This document shows positions 9,672 to 19,570 of a stretch of 64,000 nucleotides of DNA, one piece after another. Under the pieces are notes generated by a model, which ran no database searches, was not told the DNA's origin, and saw nothing but the letters and a program-made list of their open reading frames with translations. Made by a program: the position numbers and the translations under genes. Source of the stretch: an uncultured cyanobacterium (GTDB lineage: Bacteria; Cyanobacteriota; Cyanobacteriia; Phormidesmidales; Phormidesmidaceae); NCBI GenBank assembly GCA_963793265.1, contig CAWBZI010000002.1, forward strand, positions 672,001-736,000, read 5' to 3'. Position 1 is the stretch's first letter; each line of letters starts with the position of its first letter.

Positions 9672-10799
9672 ATGTTTGATTGCATCATTGTGGGCGGTGG
9701 CCCGGCAGGTAGCTCAGCGGCCTATCACTTAGCCAAAGCTGGGCGGGACGTTTTACTGCTAGAAAAAGCAGCGCTGCCTCGATACAAGCCCTGTAGCGGA
9801 GCCGTTTCGCCTAGCGTAGCCGACTGGTTCGATTTTGACTTTACGCCTGCTATTGACAGCAAAATCAGCAACGTTCGCTATACCTGGAAGCTAGGTGATG
9901 CCGTTGATGCGCGGCTCGAAACAGAACCTATTTGGAGCGTTCGCAGAGACGTTTTCGACCAGTTTTTAATCGATCAGGCGAAGGCGAAAGGTGCGCAGGT
10001 AAAAGATAAAACGGCTGTAACTGGTATTGAATTTAGGGGCGACTGCTGGCAGATTAACACTGCTAACGAAACCCTATCAGCGCGCTACATTGTCGCTGCT
10101 GACGGTGCAAAAGGCCCGATGGCCGACTGGCTCGGATTTAGATCGCATAAGGTGCGTGAAGCGGGTGCTCTAGAAATTGCAACGCCTGAGCCCGTGAAAG
10201 AGGGCGCTTTTAGCTTTGAATTTGGCCTGGCTAAAAACGGCTGTCTCTGGAGCTTTCCGAAGCAGCAGGGCTACTCGATTGGCATCAGCAGCTTTGTCGG
10301 CAAATCACTCAAGGATCTTAAAACGCCTTTGAGCCAGTACGCGCCCGAGTTTGGTGCGAGCTTTGAGCAGGGGACGCTGCACACTCATCCGCTGAAGCTG
10401 TGGGACGGAAACTGCGAGCTGCATCGCGATCGCGCCCTTTTGGCCGGGGAAGCCGCTGCCATCGTCGATCCACTCACAGCAGAAGGCATTCGCCCAGCGA
10501 TGTATAGCGGCATGATGTCCGCACAGGCAATCGATAAAGCCCTAGCAGGCGACAGCGAGGCGCTAGCAGGCTACAGCAAAATTATTCATGAGAGCTGGGG
10601 CGCTGATATGCAGTGGGCTCAGCGTATTGCTAGCGTGTTCTTTCGGGTGCCAAAAGTGGGCTACCGAGTGGGGATAAAACGGCCCACGGCGACCAAGCGA
10701 TTAGGTCAAATACTCGCGGGCGAAGTTAGCTACGCCGATATTGCAAACCGGGTGATAAAGCGGCTGAGTACGAGCTTCATTCCCGGTATGGGCAAGTGA
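9672..10799 (+). CDS. geranylgeranyl reductase family FAD-dependent oxidoreductase
   Basis: IIVGGGPAGSSAA, PRYKPC, AGEAAAIVDPLTAEGIRPA. Confidence 0.9.
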   Translation: MFDCIIVGGGPAGSSAAYHLAKAGRDVLLLEKAALPRYKPCSGAVSPSVADWFDFDFTPAIDSKISNVRYTWKLGDAVDARLETEPIWSVRRDVFDQFLIDQAKAKGAQVKDKTAVTGIEFRGDCWQINTANETLSARYIVAADGAKGPMADWLGFRSHKVREAGALEIATPEPVKEGAFSFEFGLAKNGCLWSFPKQQGYSIGISSFVGKSLKDLKTPLSQYAPEFGASFEQGTLHTHPLKLWDGNCELHRDRALLAGEAAAIVDPLTAEGIRPAMYSGMMSAQAIDKALAGDSEALAGYSKIIHESWGADMQWAQRIASVFFRVPKVGYRVGIKRPTATKRLGQILAGEVSYADIANRVIKRLSTSFIPGMGK

Positions 10800-10816
10800 T
10801 ATTCGGCTAACGATAC

Positions 10817-11071
10817 CTACAGATTTTGCGGTGAATCAGGAGCCACTTCAAGCCCTTGCGTACGCTTCACCATAAACTGATCGGTAATGAGATCGTCTAG
10901 CCCATCAAGCGAGACGCCCATGTCATCGCCTGCCTTAGAAAGTGCTGACTGAAAGCCACTAATGTCTGAGCCGTAGCCGCATAGGCGCGCAGCCTCTTCG
11001 GGCCCCTGCTGTGCATTCGCTTTAGCACAGTCAATCAGAGCGATACCGGTCAGTGGTTGAGACGCTGCCAT
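10817..11071 (-). CDS. conserved hypothetical protein
   Basis: 84-aa ORF with AAGGA upstream; LIDCAKANA..AARLCGYG. Confidence 0.7.
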   Translation of the reverse strand: MAASQPLTGIALIDCAKANAQQGPEEAARLCGYGSDISGFQSALSKAGDDMGVSLDGLDDLITDQFMVKRTQGLEVAPDSPQNL

Positions 11072-11374
11072 TTGAATCCTTATTTCTTTTTATCAGGAGC
11101 ACCATAGCCGCTACGAGTGCAGTTTTTGCTGTGCCTGAAGAATGAAATTAGACGAAACGAGCCTTGCCTTGCGGACGAAAGTGCGATCGCTTCTAAACGC
11201 TCACCCCATTCGCAGCTAACGCCTTAGATCCTAGCATTTTCGCGGAACAGAACACTTCAACTTTTGTTGTTGACCTTTTGATAATGGGTACCTTGTAACC
11301 GACTTCTGAGTGCCTCAAGGTGTTGCTTTTAGCGGCCTCACATAAAAGGCATTATCATCGCAAAACTGATCAAC

Positions 11375-13369
11375 ATGAGACTTAGGCGGCTGGCGCGAAG
11401 CATTGCAATTTTAGGCATCTTGAGCGGCGGGTCTACCGCGTTTAGTCCTAAGGGAATGGCGAAAGCCAATGCTGCGACACTGCCGCCCGCAGAAATGCAG
11501 CTAGGCGTATCGCTAGCACAATTACTCGCAACCTTGCCGCCAAAAACACCTTCAGCCGTAAGTTTTTCGGCTGAAGAAGAATCTGCTGCGCAGCCTGAGA
11601 TTAGGATCGAAATCACACAAAGTCCTGTTGCACCTGCTGAGTCTGATGAACTTGAGGTTGATGAGCCGCAGACATTAGAGAATGAGCAACAGACATTGAC
11701 TGCGCCTTTGCTAAACAGCAGCGCTTTGCAGGAAGCAGACACCGCTAGTTCAGACGAATTCATTGACATTTTGGTTAGTCAAAACTCGCCAGCTAGCGAA
11801 TTATCAGAGCCAGAAAGTGAGCTGTTCCCTGCGCAACCAGAGCAAGCGCCTGTGCTTCCTGAAGCGCCAGCCGTGACGCCTGAGCCAGCCGCGCCTAGCA
11901 CTCCTCCTAGCAGCAACAGTCAAGTCGAAATCAACGATATTCAAGTTGTGGGCAGCAGCGTTTTTAGCGATCGCGATTTCTCTAGCATCCTTTCCAACTA
12001 CGAAGGCCGCGAACTCAGCCTGCGCGATCTCCGTCAGGTCGCAGACGATATCACCCAGCTCTATTTAGAATCTGGCTACATCACCTCTAGAGCCGTGCTA
12101 AGCGAGCAAACGATTGTAGACGGCGTGGTTAAAGTTCGCGTGATTGAAGGCGAGTTAGAAAACATTCAGGTAGAAGGCACTAGGCGACTGACAGGATATG
12201 TGCGCGATCGCGTCAATCTTGCCAACCGCAAGCCGCTCAACCAGGTGGATCTAGAATCTCAGCTCCAGCTTCTTCGCGCCGATCCACTCATCGAACGCGT
12301 AGAAGCTAGCCTTCGTGCGGGCACAGGTGAAGGCCAAAGCCGGTTAATTGTGCGGGTGCTCGAAGCCAACACGCTCTCGGGCAGGCTTGCCTTTGACACC
12401 AACTCGCCGCCCAGCGTCGGGATTGCGCGAATGGGCATAGAGACAAACTACAACAATCCCTTGGGCTTAGGCGATCGCCTCGCGCTCTCCGCCTTTCGCA
12501 GCACCGCAGGCGGCTCAAACACCTACAGCGTCAACTACACCGTGCCACTCAATGCCATGAACGGCACCTTGCAAGCGCGCTATCTGCCCAGCTCATTCGA
12601 GCTAATTGCTGAAGAACTACAGACCCTCGGCATTGAAGGATCTTCAGACACTTACGAGTTAACCTACCGGCAGCCCGTCATTCGCAAACCCAACGAAGAA
12701 CTCGCATTCTCTTTGGGCTTTCGTCATCGCACCGGAGAGACTTTGGTAAGCGATGTGGTAATTGATTCAACCCGTACGAGCGTCCTTCAGTTTGGTCAGG
12801 ACTATTTGAAGCGCGATCGCTCTGGGGCTTGGGGGGTGCGATCACAGTTCAACCTTGGCACGGGTTTCCTAGACGCCACCGACCGCGATGATGAAGCTGA
12901 CGGCCAGTTCATAAGCTGGCTTGGCCAGTTTCAGCGCGCTCAGGTCATCAACCGTGACAACCTTTTACTCGTGCAGGGAAGCGTCCAGTTTTCGGTAGAC
13001 TCACTTCTCGGCGCAGACCAGTTCATCATCGGTGGCCCCACTTCTGTACGCGGCTACAACCAAAACGCTCGCTTTGGCGACAACGGTTTTCGCGCCTCGA
13101 TCGAAGATCGCATCACCGTTTTGCATAACGAAGACGGTTCAGCAGCCGTTCAAATCGCGCCTTTTTTAGATGGTGCGGGCGTATGGAATCGCGGCGCAAA
13201 CACCAGCGATCAAAGATTTTTGCTAGGCACTGGCGTTAGTTTCATCACTAACTTAGTCGAGAACGTGCAGGCCCGCTTAGACGTAGGCATTCCTTTAATC
13301 GAACTGAGCGAACCAGGCGACAGCTCCAAAGATATATTCCTCTATTTCAATATGGACTATCGCTTTTAG
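11375..13369 (+). CDS. ShlB/FhaC/HecB (TpsB/Omp85) family outer-membrane protein
   Basis: Signal peptide, Pro/Glu-rich linker, POTRA (ITQLYLESGYITSRA), barrel motif GGPTSVRGY, C-terminal YRF. Confidence 0.92.
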   Translation: MRLRRLARSIAILGILSGGSTAFSPKGMAKANAATLPPAEMQLGVSLAQLLATLPPKTPSAVSFSAEEESAAQPEIRIEITQSPVAPAESDELEVDEPQTLENEQQTLTAPLLNSSALQEADTASSDEFIDILVSQNSPASELSEPESELFPAQPEQAPVLPEAPAVTPEPAAPSTPPSSNSQVEINDIQVVGSSVFSDRDFSSILSNYEGRELSLRDLRQVADDITQLYLESGYITSRAVLSEQTIVDGVVKVRVIEGELENIQVEGTRRLTGYVRDRVNLANRKPLNQVDLESQLQLLRADPLIERVEASLRAGTGEGQSRLIVRVLEANTLSGRLAFDTNSPPSVGIARMGIETNYNNPLGLGDRLALSAFRSTAGGSNTYSVNYTVPLNAMNGTLQARYLPSSFELIAEELQTLGIEGSSDTYELTYRQPVIRKPNEELAFSLGFRHRTGETLVSDVVIDSTRTSVLQFGQDYLKRDRSGAWGVRSQFNLGTGFLDATDRDDEADGQFISWLGQFQRAQVINRDNLLLVQGSVQFSVDSLLGADQFIIGGPTSVRGYNQNARFGDNGFRASIEDRITVLHNEDGSAAVQIAPFLDGAGVWNRGANTSDQRFLLGTGVSFITNLVENVQARLDVGIPLIELSEPGDSSKDIFLYFNMDYRF

Positions 13370-13456
13370 GCGATAGCTGAGTGCTTGAAAGCATATAAGT
13401 TATACAAGTGGGAGAGTAAACTATACGCTTAAGCTACGTTTCTTCCTTCGGCTCGT

Positions 13457-14113
13457 ATGTCTCCCATTGAAGTTTTCGACGCAGGTGGCGTTGTTATGTG
13501 GCCACTGCTGCTATTTTTAATATGCATCATTGCAGTCGTGATTGAGCGGAGCTTGTTTTGGTATCGCGTCAAAAGGAAAGAGCGCCAGATCGTTAAGGAC
13601 ATCTTGCAGATCTATCGCATTAATCCACCCGCCGTATTTGCGCGGCTAAAGCAGTCGATTGATCTACCTATCTCTAGGATTTTCTTAGAAGCATTGGAGC
13701 TAGAAAATGCCTCCCAAAACCAGTTTCGCCTGGCATTAGAAAGTGCTTCTCAAGCTGAGCTGCCTTTGCTTAAACGATTTAATACGGTCTTTGAGACGGT
13801 TGTTGCGATCGCACCTCTGCTAGGACTACTCGGCACTATCTTAGGATTGATTCGCTCCTTTGCCTCGCTAGATATCGGTGGATTGAATGGCCGCAACACA
13901 GGTCAAATTACGGGCGGTATCAGTGAAGCCTTGGTTTCAACGGCTGCCGGTATGATTGTGGCGATCGTAGCGCTGCTGTTTGCAAACTTGTTTCGCGGAT
14001 TTTATAGGCGGGAGTTAGCGCTGATACAAGAGTACGGCGGACAGCTAGAAATATTGTACGAATGGCACTGTAAAGCCCTACAAGAGGAGCCTGACCATGC
14101 GAATCCACGATAG
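13457..14113 (+). CDS. exbB: MotA/TolQ/ExbB proton channel family protein
   Basis: GGVVMWPL, APLLGLLGTILGLI, GISEALVSTAAG. Confidence 0.93.
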   Translation: MSPIEVFDAGGVVMWPLLLFLICIIAVVIERSLFWYRVKRKERQIVKDILQIYRINPPAVFARLKQSIDLPISRIFLEALELENASQNQFRLALESASQAELPLLKRFNTVFETVVAIAPLLGLLGTILGLIRSFASLDIGGLNGRNTGQITGGISEALVSTAAGMIVAIVALLFANLFRGFYRRELALIQEYGGQLEILYEWHCKALQEEPDHANPR

Positions 14114-14522
14114 TGAAGCAGAAGAGCCGCTGTCGATCAACATTCTGCCAATGATCGATGTCATCTTTGCAATCCTGGCATTCTTTATTATTTCAACCTT
14201 GTTTCTAACCCGCGCGGAAGGGTTTCCTGTAGATTTGCCCAGTGCCGAAACTGCTCAGCCCCAGCAGGAAGCATTCATCACCGTTACGATTGAGAACAAC
14301 GGAAATATCTCTATCGACAAACAGCCTGTTGATTTGGACGAGTTAACAAAAACCGTTCAAGATCAAGTAGAAGAAGGACAGGAAGTCTTAGTGACCGTGC
14401 AGGCCGATGAGTCAATTGACTACGGCAGAGTCGTTGCCGTGATGGATAAACTGCGCAGGGTAGAAGGCGCAGACTTAGGCATTGCAACTCAAAGGCCGAC
14501 TCAAAGCGAGCCCTCTGAATAG
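14097..14522 (+). CDS. exbD: biopolymer transporter ExbD
   Basis: INILPMIDVIFAILAFFII, VDLPSA, ADESIDYGRVVAVMD; overlaps the exbB end. Confidence 0.93.
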   Translation: MRIHDSEAEEPLSINILPMIDVIFAILAFFIISTLFLTRAEGFPVDLPSAETAQPQQEAFITVTIENNGNISIDKQPVDLDELTKTVQDQVEEGQEVLVTVQADESIDYGRVVAVMDKLRRVEGADLGIATQRPTQSEPSE

Positions 14523-14530
14523 AGCAAAAG

Positions 14531-16054
14531 CTATTCTACAGTCGGCGCAAGCTCTGGGCCTTCGGGCACGGGTTCAGGATCTGGCGCGACAAATTCTGGT
14601 TCAAATGTCTCTGGCGCGACTGGTGGCGCAATAGGTTCTATAGGTTCTAGCTCAACTGGCACTACAGGTTCTGGCACTACAGGTTCTGGCACTACAGGTT
14701 CTATTTCAACTGGCGCGATAGGTTCTAGCTCGACTGGTGGCAGCGGGGATGTCTCAGACTCTAGCTCAACCGGCTCTGATTCAACCGGCTCTAGCTCAAC
14801 TGGCTCTAGCTCAACTGGCTCTGGTGTAGTCTCTACAGGTTCCAGTGCGGTTTCTGGCTCTGTTTCTGGCGCTTGTGGTTCACTATCAAAATCAGGGGCA
14901 GGCGATGCGGGCTGAGTGATAGGTGATTGTTCTGTTTGAACGGGTGCTGAGGTATTAGCGCTGTTGTTGCGAGAAGAGTCAGTGTTTATTTGAAAATCGA
15001 CAGATATACTGCCACTTTGTCCGGCTGTGTTAAACGCAAACGAAAGAGCGGCCTCTATTGCCGCTTGATCGGCAGTTGCATCGCCGCTTGAACGCTCTAT
15101 TCTGGCATCAAAAACATCGCCATTTTCGTCATATTCCACCCTGACAGAAGGCTCTACCCTAGCACCGCTATTTGCCACATTGTTCAATAGCGCAGTTGGA
15201 TTACAACGTCGGCAGCTAATGGGCTCTCTCCTAGCGATAGAAAGACCTGATCCTAAGGACGAGGCACCAGGATCGCCTGAGCCGGATTCCGTAGCACTGA
15301 TGGGTTGATTAGTCGCAGAACTACCCGTCGCGGCGATGCTTGAGTCTTGGGCGTTGTTGTTACTGCCAGTCGCAGGAGAACTATTCTCAGGACTCAGCAC
15401 AGCCGCCGTTTGAATCGGAGCAGATGCAGGCGGCTCAGATGCAGGCGACTCAGATACAGGCGATGCAGATTCGAGCGACTCGGATAATACGGGCTCAGAG
15501 GTAGCCACCTCATCAGATGCGTTCGGCTCGTTTTCTATCAGCCTGTCTGCTTCTTCTTGCTCAAGTTCACTATCATTTTGTTCACTAGATTCACTAGGTT
15601 CAGCATCATTGATAGACTCTGACGACTCGCTTTCTTCTACCTCATTGCCAGGATTACTATCTTCTGGGCTACCGCTCAGACTATCAACTGGCGGCGGCGC
15701 GATAGGCTCACTAAATTGAGGCGATGGTGCAGGGGCAACAGCAGTAATAGGTGCGATCGCCTCAGCAGGTGCGAGTGCTGAGGCGATCGCAGATGGCTCA
15801 GCTTGATTCACAAAGTCAAACACCTCTTCTGGCGGCGAAACCTCTTCAACCACTTCTCCCTGTGAATCCAACTCTCCAAACACAGATATAGAGATTCGCG
15901 TAGATACCTCAGGCGTACCCGGCAGCAAAAACATCAGCAGGGGCAGCAGTCCTAAGGGCGCACCAATAGCAATAGATAGGCCGACAAGCAGCCGTTTCTT
16001 TGCGATCACATTCTCTCTGACATGTTGAGCTTGGCAAGTAGCAGAAAGACTCAT
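14531..16054 (-). CDS. TonB family energy transducer (low-complexity, Pro/Glu/Ser-rich)
   Basis: N-terminal TM, long acidic/Pro linker, CRRC, then TonB_C-like VEYDENGDVFDARIERSSGDATADQAAIEAA; convergent with exbD. Confidence 0.8.
   Translation of the reverse strand: MSLSATCQAQHVRENVIAKKRLLVGLSIAIGAPLGLLPLLMFLLPGTPEVSTRISISVFGELDSQGEVVEEVSPPEEVFDFVNQAEPSAIASALAPAEAIAPITAVAPAPSPQFSEPIAPPPVDSLSGSPEDSNPGNEVEESESSESINDAEPSESSEQNDSELEQEEADRLIENEPNASDEVATSEPVLSESLESASPVSESPASEPPASAPIQTAAVLSPENSSPATGSNNNAQDSSIAATGSSATNQPISATESGSGDPGASSLGSGLSIARREPISCRRCNPTALLNNVANSGARVEPSVRVEYDENGDVFDARIERSSGDATADQAAIEAALSFAFNTAGQSGSISVDFQINTDSSRNNSANTSAPVQTEQSPITQPASPAPDFDSEPQAPETEPETALEPVETTPEPVELEPVELEPVESEPVELESETSPLPPVELEPIAPVEIEPVVPEPVVPEPVVPVELEPIEPIAPPVAPETFEPEFVAPDPEPVPEGPELAPTVE
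14656..14820. repeat. 15-nt coding tandem repeats in the tonB-like gene
   Basis: CTGGCACTACAGGTT x3 exact (14656-14700); four near-identical 15-mers of the CTAGCTCAACYGGCT type (14761-14820); they encode EPVVP / EPVEL repeats. Confidence 0.9.
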
Positions 16055-16182
16055 AGAGAAATTGGTCGTAGAAAATCACAATCGGAATCCGGCGGATGGC
16101 AATGCATATAGAACTTTAGAGTGTATTCTATCGTTTGCATCCAAAGTGTCTAAACCTTTTCTTATTGTCTCTAGACTATTCC

Positions 16183-16221
16183 AAAATAAACGCCGCCATG
16201 CTAGTACTAGCAGGCGGCGTT
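16183..16221 (-). terminator. intrinsic terminator downstream of the MAPEG gene
   Basis: AACGCCGCC-a-TGCTAGTACTAGCA-GGCGGCGTT hairpin; T-rich tract follows on the minus strand. Confidence 0.75.
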
Positions 16222-16250
16222 CTTGGCTGTGCTATTCAATCCATCGCAAT

Positions 16251-16643
16251 TTAAGCCACGATTCGCCAAACGATAACGCCGACGCCAATAATAGAACCGA
16301 AGTAGGCGAGCGATCGCACCAAACTAATCCCGGCATAGTAAGCCGCACCGTGCAAAACGCGACAGACCAGAATCGCGATCGCTGCCTTGGCCGTTACCGC
16401 ATCAGCCTGACCAGTAATCTGTGCAATCAAAATCACCGCCGCAATCATCGCCAAGTTATCGTGATGATTGCGCTGTGCCCGATCAGCCCGGCCTACCCAA
16501 GGCGCGCCGTCCACTGCCTTTTCACGATTGCTTGCAGCCCATTCAATCCCGGCATCTGCTACCCGACCAAAAGCCGGAATATGGTTCAACGGGATTGACC
16601 ATAGCGCCAAAAGTAGCAAGCAAATTAAATCAGTCGTCATCAC
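16251..16643 (-). CDS. MAPEG family membrane protein
   Basis: WAASNR..RADRAQRNHHDNL..RVLHGAAYYAG..RSLAY pattern. Confidence 0.88.
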   Translation of the reverse strand: MMTTDLICLLLLALWSIPLNHIPAFGRVADAGIEWAASNREKAVDGAPWVGRADRAQRNHHDNLAMIAAVILIAQITGQADAVTAKAAIAILVCRVLHGAAYYAGISLVRSLAYFGSIIGVGVIVWRIVA

Positions 16644-16719
16644 GAATCCTTTAGCAACGCATTAAGCCAGCAGCGTTCCCGATAGAATCGCAGACAGGCC
16701 CCTCTAATCATCACCTGTA

Positions 16720-19251
16720 ATGGACGCTGCGACGCAAGCAACCTGGCTACAAACGCATACTATTTTTCGCGATCTGCCCGAAGCACTGGTGCAGGCGATC
16801 GCCCCCTGCCTCACCGAAATCTCCTTCGCCGCTAACCGCCGCCTTATTCTCGAAGACACCGAACCCGACGCGCTATATATCTTAAAATCTGGCAAATTAG
16901 AGAGCTATCGTACGCGCCGTACGAGCGCCGCACAGGTGAAGACGCTAGAGCCAGGGAGCATTTTGCATTTGCGATCGCTCCTCCTCAACGAAGCCGTTAC
17001 GCAAACCATTGTCTCGCTTACAGACTGCACGCTATGGCGTCTAGACAAAGCCAGATTTCAGCAGCTTGCCGAAGAATTTCCCGAACTCAACCAGCAGTTT
17101 TCTCGGCTGCTCGCTAGCGCCTTAGAAGAGGTTTCAGAACAGCTCGCCCGCCAGCAAGAGAGGCAGCAGGCACTACGGCCTTATCTGGTGAGCCGCGTTA
17201 AGCGTGGGGTCGTGGGCAGCAGTCGGTATGCGATTCGTTTGCGTAAGAACATTCGGGAGGCGACGAGTCTTGAAGCTAAAAACGGGAGGCGATCGCCTCT
17301 ACTCATATCAGGCGAGCCTGGCCTCCAAAAAGACAATCTAGCCGCCCTCATTCACTTTGGCTCCAGCAACAAAGCTGAGCCGATGATACAGCTCAACTGC
17401 GAAAGACTCAGAGCCCAAGATCTCTTTGGGAAAGGAGATCAGCCAGGACTCCTTGAATGGCTAGGCGGCGGTACGCTGCTACTCAACAACATACAGGATC
17501 TTGATGACTCTCTCGAAGCATCTGTTTTAGAACTGATACAGACTGGAAAATATCGTCCGATTGCGCGTGAGGGAAAAGCACCTTTACCAACAAGAGATTC
17601 TTCGGCTTGGATTTTGATGGTGTCTGAAAAGTCAATGCCAAAATTCATTCGGTGTGCCAACCAACAGATCAAAGTGCCCCCGCTACGCGTTCGTAAAGCC
17701 GACATAGAAGCGCAGGTGAACTACTACGCGCAGCTATTGTGCAAGCAGCAGGGACTCTGCAAAAAACAGCTTACACCCGAAGCCCTCAGAAGACTACAAA
17801 GCTATGACTTTCCAGGCAACCTCACTGAGCTAGAAAGCATGGTGAAAAGGGCGGTCACCCAGTCAGGTGACAGCAGCGTCCTTACCGAAGACGTATTTTG
17901 GGCCGTCGAAAAACAAAGCCGCCGGTTTCGCTTCAATCTACTTCAGGGCTATCCAAAACTACGACAGTTTTTATTAAGCCCGTGGTGGCCCGACCGCATC
18001 AACTACGGGTTCACCCTTTGGTTCTACCCCATCGTGGTCGCCATTTTGATGTGGGGGCCGCAAACGCGCGACCAAAACTTCGCGCTCAACTTCTTTTGGG
18101 CCTGGTGGTGGCCGCTCATTCTGTTGAGCTTCCCTTTTGTCGGACGGCTCTGGTGCGCTGTTTGTCCTTTTATGATCTACGGTGAAGTCGCGCAGTTTCT
18201 CTCGCTGAAAATCTGGCCGCGTCAGCTCAAAGGGTGGCCTCGCGACTGGGCCGAGCGCTGGGGCGGCTGGATTCTATACGGCGGTTTCGCCCTGATTCTC
18301 CTTTGGGAGGAGCTGTGGAATCTAGAAAATACCGCTTATCTCTCCGGCTGGCTATTGTTAATTATTACCGCTGGCGCTGTTATCTGTTCTGTTCTATTCG
18401 AGCGTCGGTTCTGGTGCCGCTATCTCTGCCCGATTGGCGGTATGAACGGCCTGTTTGCCAAACTCTCAATGGTAGAGCTAAGGGCTCAGCAGGGCATTTG
18501 TTCTGCAAGCTGCAACACCTATCACTGCTACAAAGGTGGGCCTGCTGAAGGCATCGGCCAGGCCACTAACGGCTGTCCGATATACTCTCATCCCGCTCAG
18601 CTCACCGATAATCGTAACTGCGTACTGTGCATGACCTGTGCCAAAGCCTGTCCGCACCAGTCAGTAGAGCTGAACTTGCGTCCACCGGGCATAGAGCTGT
18701 GGACGAGTCACAAGGGAACAGGCTATGAGGTGGCGCTATTACTGTTGCTTTTAGGCGCAGTATTTTTGCATCGACTGCCGCAACTCACGACTTTGGTGTT
18801 AGGAGATGCGAGTGTGCTAGATGAGTTTTGGGGACATGTGATCGCTGCTATCATTGCTTTGTTTTTGCCGGGTGCGATCGCCCTTCTCATCAACCAGCTA
18901 CGCATCCAACTCCAAGGCACCGGCTCCAAACGCACCTTCCTACAGCTTGCCTACGGCTACCTTCCACTCTTGCTCTTCGCCAGCCTGGCCCACTATTTAC
19001 TACTGGGCCTCTCCGAAGCCGGACAGATAATCCCTGTATTCGCAGCGACTTCAGGGCTCGTACTACCAAACATCAACCTAGTCGCACACCCAGCCGTCAT
19101 TGCATTTTTACAGGGTACGGCCTTAATTTTTGGCGCATTGCTAAGCATCATTCTCACTCAAAAAATTGCACGACAGCCCTGGTTAAAGCTCATGCCGCAG
19201 CATGGATTCACACTAGGGGTAAGCGTCATTCTTTGGCAGCTAATACTCTAA
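16720..19251 (+). CDS. cNMP-binding / sigma54-activator-like AAA+ / membrane 4Fe-4S (NapH/RdxA-like) multidomain protein
   Basis: cNMP domain at the N-terminus; GEPGLQKD, VPPLRVRKADI, YDFPGNLTEL; GRLWCAVCP, FWCRYLCP, CVLCMTCAKACP. Confidence 0.88.
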   Translation: MDAATQATWLQTHTIFRDLPEALVQAIAPCLTEISFAANRRLILEDTEPDALYILKSGKLESYRTRRTSAAQVKTLEPGSILHLRSLLLNEAVTQTIVSLTDCTLWRLDKARFQQLAEEFPELNQQFSRLLASALEEVSEQLARQQERQQALRPYLVSRVKRGVVGSSRYAIRLRKNIREATSLEAKNGRRSPLLISGEPGLQKDNLAALIHFGSSNKAEPMIQLNCERLRAQDLFGKGDQPGLLEWLGGGTLLLNNIQDLDDSLEASVLELIQTGKYRPIAREGKAPLPTRDSSAWILMVSEKSMPKFIRCANQQIKVPPLRVRKADIEAQVNYYAQLLCKQQGLCKKQLTPEALRRLQSYDFPGNLTELESMVKRAVTQSGDSSVLTEDVFWAVEKQSRRFRFNLLQGYPKLRQFLLSPWWPDRINYGFTLWFYPIVVAILMWGPQTRDQNFALNFFWAWWWPLILLSFPFVGRLWCAVCPFMIYGEVAQFLSLKIWPRQLKGWPRDWAERWGGWILYGGFALILLWEELWNLENTAYLSGWLLLIITAGAVICSVLFERRFWCRYLCPIGGMNGLFAKLSMVELRAQQGICSASCNTYHCYKGGPAEGIGQATNGCPIYSHPAQLTDNRNCVLCMTCAKACPHQSVELNLRPPGIELWTSHKGTGYEVALLLLLLGAVFLHRLPQLTTLVLGDASVLDEFWGHVIAAIIALFLPGAIALLINQLRIQLQGTGSKRTFLQLAYGYLPLLLFASLAHYLLLGLSEAGQIIPVFAATSGLVLPNINLVAHPAVIAFLQGTALIFGALLSIILTQKIARQPWLKLMPQHGFTLGVSVILWQLIL

Positions 19252-19469
19252 TCAACCGCCTCAAAAGATTCAACTTCCAGCACTGGCCCCACCATCGCCA
19301 TCGTCATCACATCCTCGCGCACCTTACCTGTTATCGAAACCTTCTGCCCTTCTGTATCCAAAGCCTCAGCCTTAGACCCATACAGTTCGTAGGTTTGTCC
19401 ATCATCGCCCGACAAGGCCCAAGTTCCGGTGCCCATGTCCATCCAAGTAATCGTGCCAGTCACCGTCAT
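19248..19469 (-). CDS. small OB-fold-like hypothetical protein
   Basis: 73 aa, GTWALSGDDGQTYEL..V.ITGKVREDVMTMAMVGPVLEV. Confidence 0.75.
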   Translation of the reverse strand: MTVTGTITWMDMGTGTWALSGDDGQTYELYGSKAEALDTEGQKVSITGKVREDVMTMAMVGPVLEVESFEAVD

Positions 19470-19504
19470 GGATTAAGTTCTCTGTAATTTTTGACCATTA
19501 AACC

Positions 19505-19551
19505 AAAAAATCAGCGGCAACGCTTCTATTAAAAGGAGCACTGCCGCTGAT
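19505..19551 (-). terminator. intrinsic terminator after the S8 peptidase
   Basis: ATCAGCGGCA(19510-19519)/TGCCGCTGAT(19542-19551) stem; A6 on plus = U-tract on minus. Confidence 0.7.
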
Positions 19552-19570
19552 CTATCACTTAGCTGTTGCT

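Noticed and set aside
14656..14820. Tandem repeats as a CRISPR array
   Set aside because: 15-nt units without unique spacers, in frame within a coding sequence, and no cas genes
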